A DNA stretch of 63,358 nucleotides from Paramoeba atlantica (taxonomy: Eukaryota > Protista > Discosea), in assembly GCA_977017575.1 (NCBI GenBank), contig CDRNVI010000166.1, positions 1 to 63,358 of the forward strand, given 5' to 3'. Made by a program: the position numbers and the translations under genes. Below are positions 59,676 to 63,358 of the stretch, one piece after another. The notes beneath the pieces were generated by a model. It was not told where the DNA came from, searched no databases, and saw only the letters and a list, made by a program, of their open reading frames with translations. Position 1 is the first letter of the stretch, and every line of letters begins with the position of its first letter.

Positions 59676-60179
59676 TTAAAGATGAATACAAGTGCAATGA
59701 GTCTGCAAGTTCTCGAGGATTCTCAACATGACATCCCCGCCGTTCCTCTTCAAACTTCTGTTACATTTTTCAGCAATTGCTTGAACTCGGTCTGATCTTT
59801 TCCCTGGCTTGCTCCCCAAAATATTTCCTTCACGCTTTAAACGCTTTTTAGCCATAAACCTAGCACATTCGACAGTGTTTGTGTGTACCCCGTCTGGGGT
59901 GACCCATTGCTGACGATGATTTACACTTCGCCACTCGTACTTGGACCGAAAATTTAGATTATGACGGGCGCCAAGAAGCGGACGGGTGCTATGAAGAAGC
60001 AAGTTCATCAATTTTTGGAACGAGCGTTGGTACACCACCACTTTGCGCCAATGAGTTTCATGTGTTGGGGTGACTTGTGTACTTTCCTGTAGCACACAAC
60101 TTTCTGGGCTACCAGCTTGTGGCTTTTCATCCATTCGGCACATTCCTGCTCGCAAAGTGCTTCCTCCTCCAAAGTGCAA
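59676..60179 (-). pseudogene. Third, diverged Merlin transposase remnant
   Basis: CRMDE; WRSVNHRQQWVTPDGVHTNTVE. Confidence 0.7.
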
Positions 60180-61083
60180 CTTTGCTTAATGTGAGGTCAC
60201 CCCGACAAGAAAACCCAGCACACCCTTGACAAGGCATAACAAAATCACGAAAAATCCAAAAATCAACCTAGGAGAATAAAAAGAAGATTTTTTTGGGGGC
60301 AAAAAATAGGGAAAAAAATTAATCGAGAAAAAAACTAAATTTGCTTCAGTTTCACCATACATACATACATACACATTCTATGTTATGCATACAGGGGTGA
60401 CTAATTTTGGACAGTAGTAGTGCATTCGAGAGCTCTGGAACAGACGACCAGTGCTTGCCTTCCCCTTGGGTAAATCAAGCTCAGATCGGAGCCGTTGCTT
60501 CAAAACGTCTACACCCAATTGCCCGTTTGTTAAGTACGAGTTCCATGACGAAACATTTCTTCTGACTCTTTCTCTTCCGGTTAAAATTTCGCAATTTTCG
60601 CCATGAAATCGAGCTTTTTCAACCAAAAAAATTGTTTGTTCATGATGACCCCATTTTTACCTGAAAATCGGCTATTTTTGGCTATAATCTTTCTGTTTTC
60701 TTCAGCAGCAAGGAGAATTAAGGGACGGTTAATTGCGGGCCTTGATGGGGGGTGTCCCTTAATTAACCCGTCCCGTAATAAAGCCCCGCACCGTAACCCA
60801 AATAAGCATTTTAACAAGTATGCCAAAAAAGTTGGGACAAAAGAGAAAACTGACCAAAAAAGCATATCCCCCCCAGTAAGAGAGATTTAGCCATTTTGAC
60901 CCGAAACCCATTATCTTACTGGGGGGTATGCGGTACCAATTAACAATTTATTAATTTTTGATTCAAGAATTAATGTTACATTAATAATTGTGTGCACTGT
61001 AGTCAGAATAAATTTATAGAATTTTTTATATTAAGTAGCTTCAAATTTACACCAAACGCGGCCTATCTATTTTTTATGAAAAG

Positions 61084-61380
61084 ATGCGACTTGCCGTTTT
61101 CGCCGAATTTATAGGTAAATCCACATTTCAGCATTTGCCGCTATGTGTCACGGCTGACATTGCTTTAACCAGAATGGAACTCAAGAAAAGCGCCGAAATT
61201 GAATGCGTGGAGCGAAATGCAAAGCTTTTCTACGAGCCCGAGGAGGCGCTTATGGTTGACGATACCTTAAAACAGCTTCAAAGTATCGGGTACACGGTTG
61301 TTGACAGAACTCCAAATACATCCCCACGGCCCACGTCATGGGCTTTTTCGGATCGTATTATTCTCTCTTACACAGGCTAA
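61084..61380 (+). CDS. Possible small hypothetical protein (98 aa)
   Basis: ORF in unique sequence on the host-gene strand; no motif. Confidence 0.3.
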   Translation: MRLAVFAEFIGKSTFQHLPLCVTADIALTRMELKKSAEIECVERNAKLFYEPEEALMVDDTLKQLQSIGYTVVDRTPNTSPRPTSWAFSDRIILSYTG

Positions 61381-61701
61381 CGGAATATGTATTCATTTTT
61401 TTAGTTTCTTCCTTACTTCACTAGGAAAGAAACGGTAGACTGCGGTCGCAATCGTAAGCACTACACCATAGAAAACATTCACTTAGTACTCAGTGAAATG
61501 AGATACGTGCTGCAAAAGTGCGTGGTCCTTTCTCATTACATATCTGCTTTCGAAAACTCAAAGTGGCCATAACGAAAATTTAAACTCGAAATTTCAAAAT
61601 AAAACACACACATTCAGGCTATCTAAGTTAACATTCCCACACATTTATTTATCCCCCCCCCTCTTCTTTTATTCCTCACTTTCTTCTATCCCCTCACCTC
61701 T

Positions 61702-62343
61702 ATGGACGCCTCGGACGCACCCCGCTCCATCTACGCACGACGAGGGGACGCGCTCGAGATGATTTGCGCTGGACCTTTTCACACCGTCGAGGAGCTCCGC
61801 GCCAAGGTCCCCACCCTCTCCGGGGTAATCCAGTGCAGCCCCTCGGGTGCCCCCCTTAGCCGTGCGCTCCTCCTCTCCTCCCCCCACACCACACTCGAGG
61901 CCGGGGGGTGTTACTTAGCCTACGAGAGTGTCAGTCTGGTGGAGGAGGAGGAGCAGCAGCAGCACGGGGAGGGGGAGGGGAGGGGAGTTACTACTACTAC
62001 GACCCCCCCACCGAACCAAGCCACCTTGGGGGGAATCGTCGAACCCCATGGTGGGGATACGACCCCCTCCCCCTCCTCCCACCCCTCTCGTGTCACGTCA
62101 CTCCCGGTGCCATCGCGTCGTCGGGTTACGTTTCACAACGCGCTCCGTCGACCCGTACTCCAGCATGAGATGGTGGAGTGGCAAGGGGAGGGGGACGGGG
62201 GGGCCAGGAGTGCGTCCCTGGGGGATATCCTGGATAGCCTGCCTGTGCTTCCCCCGCTACAGGACCTCTCCCCGTGGTGGGGAAGCCAGCGGAACGGGGG
62301 AGAGACCCCCGTGCCCACAGAGGTGGGGGAAGGGGTGGATTGA
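61702..62343 (+). CDS. Hypothetical GC-rich, low-complexity protein (213 aa)
   Basis: ATG preceded by a long polypyrimidine tract; no motif. Confidence 0.5.
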   Translation: MDASDAPRSIYARRGDALEMICAGPFHTVEELRAKVPTLSGVIQCSPSGAPLSRALLLSSPHTTLEAGGCYLAYESVSLVEEEEQQQHGEGEGRGVTTTTTPPPNQATLGGIVEPHGGDTTPSPSSHPSRVTSLPVPSRRRVTFHNALRRPVLQHEMVEWQGEGDGGARSASLGDILDSLPVLPPLQDLSPWWGSQRNGGETPVPTEVGEGVD

Positions 62344-62757
62344 GGGACCACGGGAAGTTCAAGGGAGGGGAGGGGAGGGAGGGAGAGGGTAGTACTCTCG
62401 GGAACGCGCTTTCTGTGAAAGCGTTGTGAAACGGGAGGAGGTAGGGACTACTGGTGAACCGAAAAGGGTTTATGGGTAGTTGAGGTGATGAGAGGTCACT
62501 GCATGTTTTGTATTGAGTTTGTACATACATGTTACCGTTCGTACGTACTGTTCAAACAATATTGTATTTTAGGGCAGAGAAGTCAACCGCAGCATTTCAT
62601 TCTGGGGTTTTTACCTAGGCTTCATTAATCTTTGTAGGTGGGAGCAGTACTTCAATAAAAGGACTATGTTATGTGTAATTCCCCCGTCCTGAAAACGTTG
62701 TCTGTGTAGTCAAAAAGTAACGGGTGACTTGACTCATTTCATTGCAAGACTGTTAAG

Positions 62758-63358
62758 ATGGGTGTTTATCGGCAGGCAGGGTTTGTGGTTACCGAATGCG
62801 CGGAACACAGAGGCTCTCTGAACTTATGCCTGGGGAAAGCCATGGAGAAGAAACGTCAAACCTTTGCCGTCGCCAGCGAGACCCTCAAGCGCCTGCCCTT
62901 GTTAGATGAGATTATCCACGAGTTAAATCTCCTTATTCCTGCCCAAGCCACCTTACGTCACCATCCCACCATACAAACCGCCGAAACCCTCGGCATCCTC
63001 CGCACCATGCTACACGACCACCTCTTCGCCGGAGGTATCCGTACCTCCAAATACATCGCCACCGTGATCCGTCTCCACCACGACGCCATCACCCAAACCT
63101 CCACCCGCATCTCCCCCCCCCAACCTCCCCCCCCAACCTCCCCCCACCCCCCTCCCCCCCTCCCCTCCTACATCCGTCTCAACTACCTGCTTGCCCCCTG
63201 CTGGTGGCTCCCCTCCCCGTGGGTCGGGGCGGCGTGTGCCCCGGACGTGCTCGCGCTCCCCCCGGGGCCCCCCCCGGGGTGGGTGCGGGGGGCCGCGCGC
63301 CGGGGGTGGGTGCTGCAGCAGCGCCTGGGGTCGTGCCTGCCCGCGCACGCGCTGTGGG
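62758..63358 (+). CDS. NSUN5: 5' part of an NSUN5/Rcm1-like rRNA m5C methyltransferase (runs off the window; absent from the ORF track)
   Basis: Hand translation MGVYRQAGFVVTECAEHRGSLNLCLGKAMEKKRQTFAVASETLKRLPLLDEIIHELNLL...LRTMLHDHLFAGG...GWVLQQRLGSCLPAHAL parallels the NSUN5 N-terminus (MGLY...RQGSIK...YALVCET....LD.VI) and the pre-motif-I G.LILQD.ASCLPA..L segment. Confidence 0.7.
   Translation, partial: MGVYRQAGFVVTECAEHRGSLNLCLGKAMEKKRQTFAVASETLKRLPLLDEIIHELNLLIPAQATLRHHPTIQTAETLGILRTMLHDHLFAGGIRTSKYIATVIRLHHDAITQTSTRISPPQPPPPTSPHPPPPLPSYIRLNYLLAPCWWLPSPWVGAACAPDVLALPPGPPPGWVRGAARRGWVLQQRLGSCLPAHALW

Overview
Eukaryotic, extremely transposon-rich window. It holds only about 6-9 putative host genes, all apparently intronless and all on the + strand: an AZUL+HECT E3 ligase, a degenerate NIF/FCP1-type HAD phosphatase, the 5' part of an NSUN5/Rcm1-like rRNA methyltransferase that runs off the window end, and several orphans. 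The rest is nested mobile DNA: at least four kinds of Tc1/IS630-like element (D-x77-D-x35-E with AACCCC termini, canonical DD34E, very short DD29E/DD32E, and a long AT-hook/coiled-coil fusion), pogo, hAT and Merlin remnants, CRE-clade and RTE-clade LINE pieces, a VIPER/TATE-like tyrosine-recombinase element, many MITEs and satellites. The CRE + VIPER/TATE-like + Merlin content and the unidirectional intronless genes point to a euglenozoan, probably kinetoplastid-like, host (inference only). Best novelty candidates: (1) a tRNA-headed, (CTT)n-tailed, highly structured SINE with an 11-bp TSD that splits the tyrosine-recombinase ORF; (2) Tc1-like families with unusual termini and catalytic spacings; (3) a dispersed GCGAAGC mini-hairpin + T-tract motif found only on the host-gene strand; (4) a 282-bp head-to-head transposase inverted repeat. 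All assignments come from motif reading by eye; no database search was run, and many boundaries are approximate.
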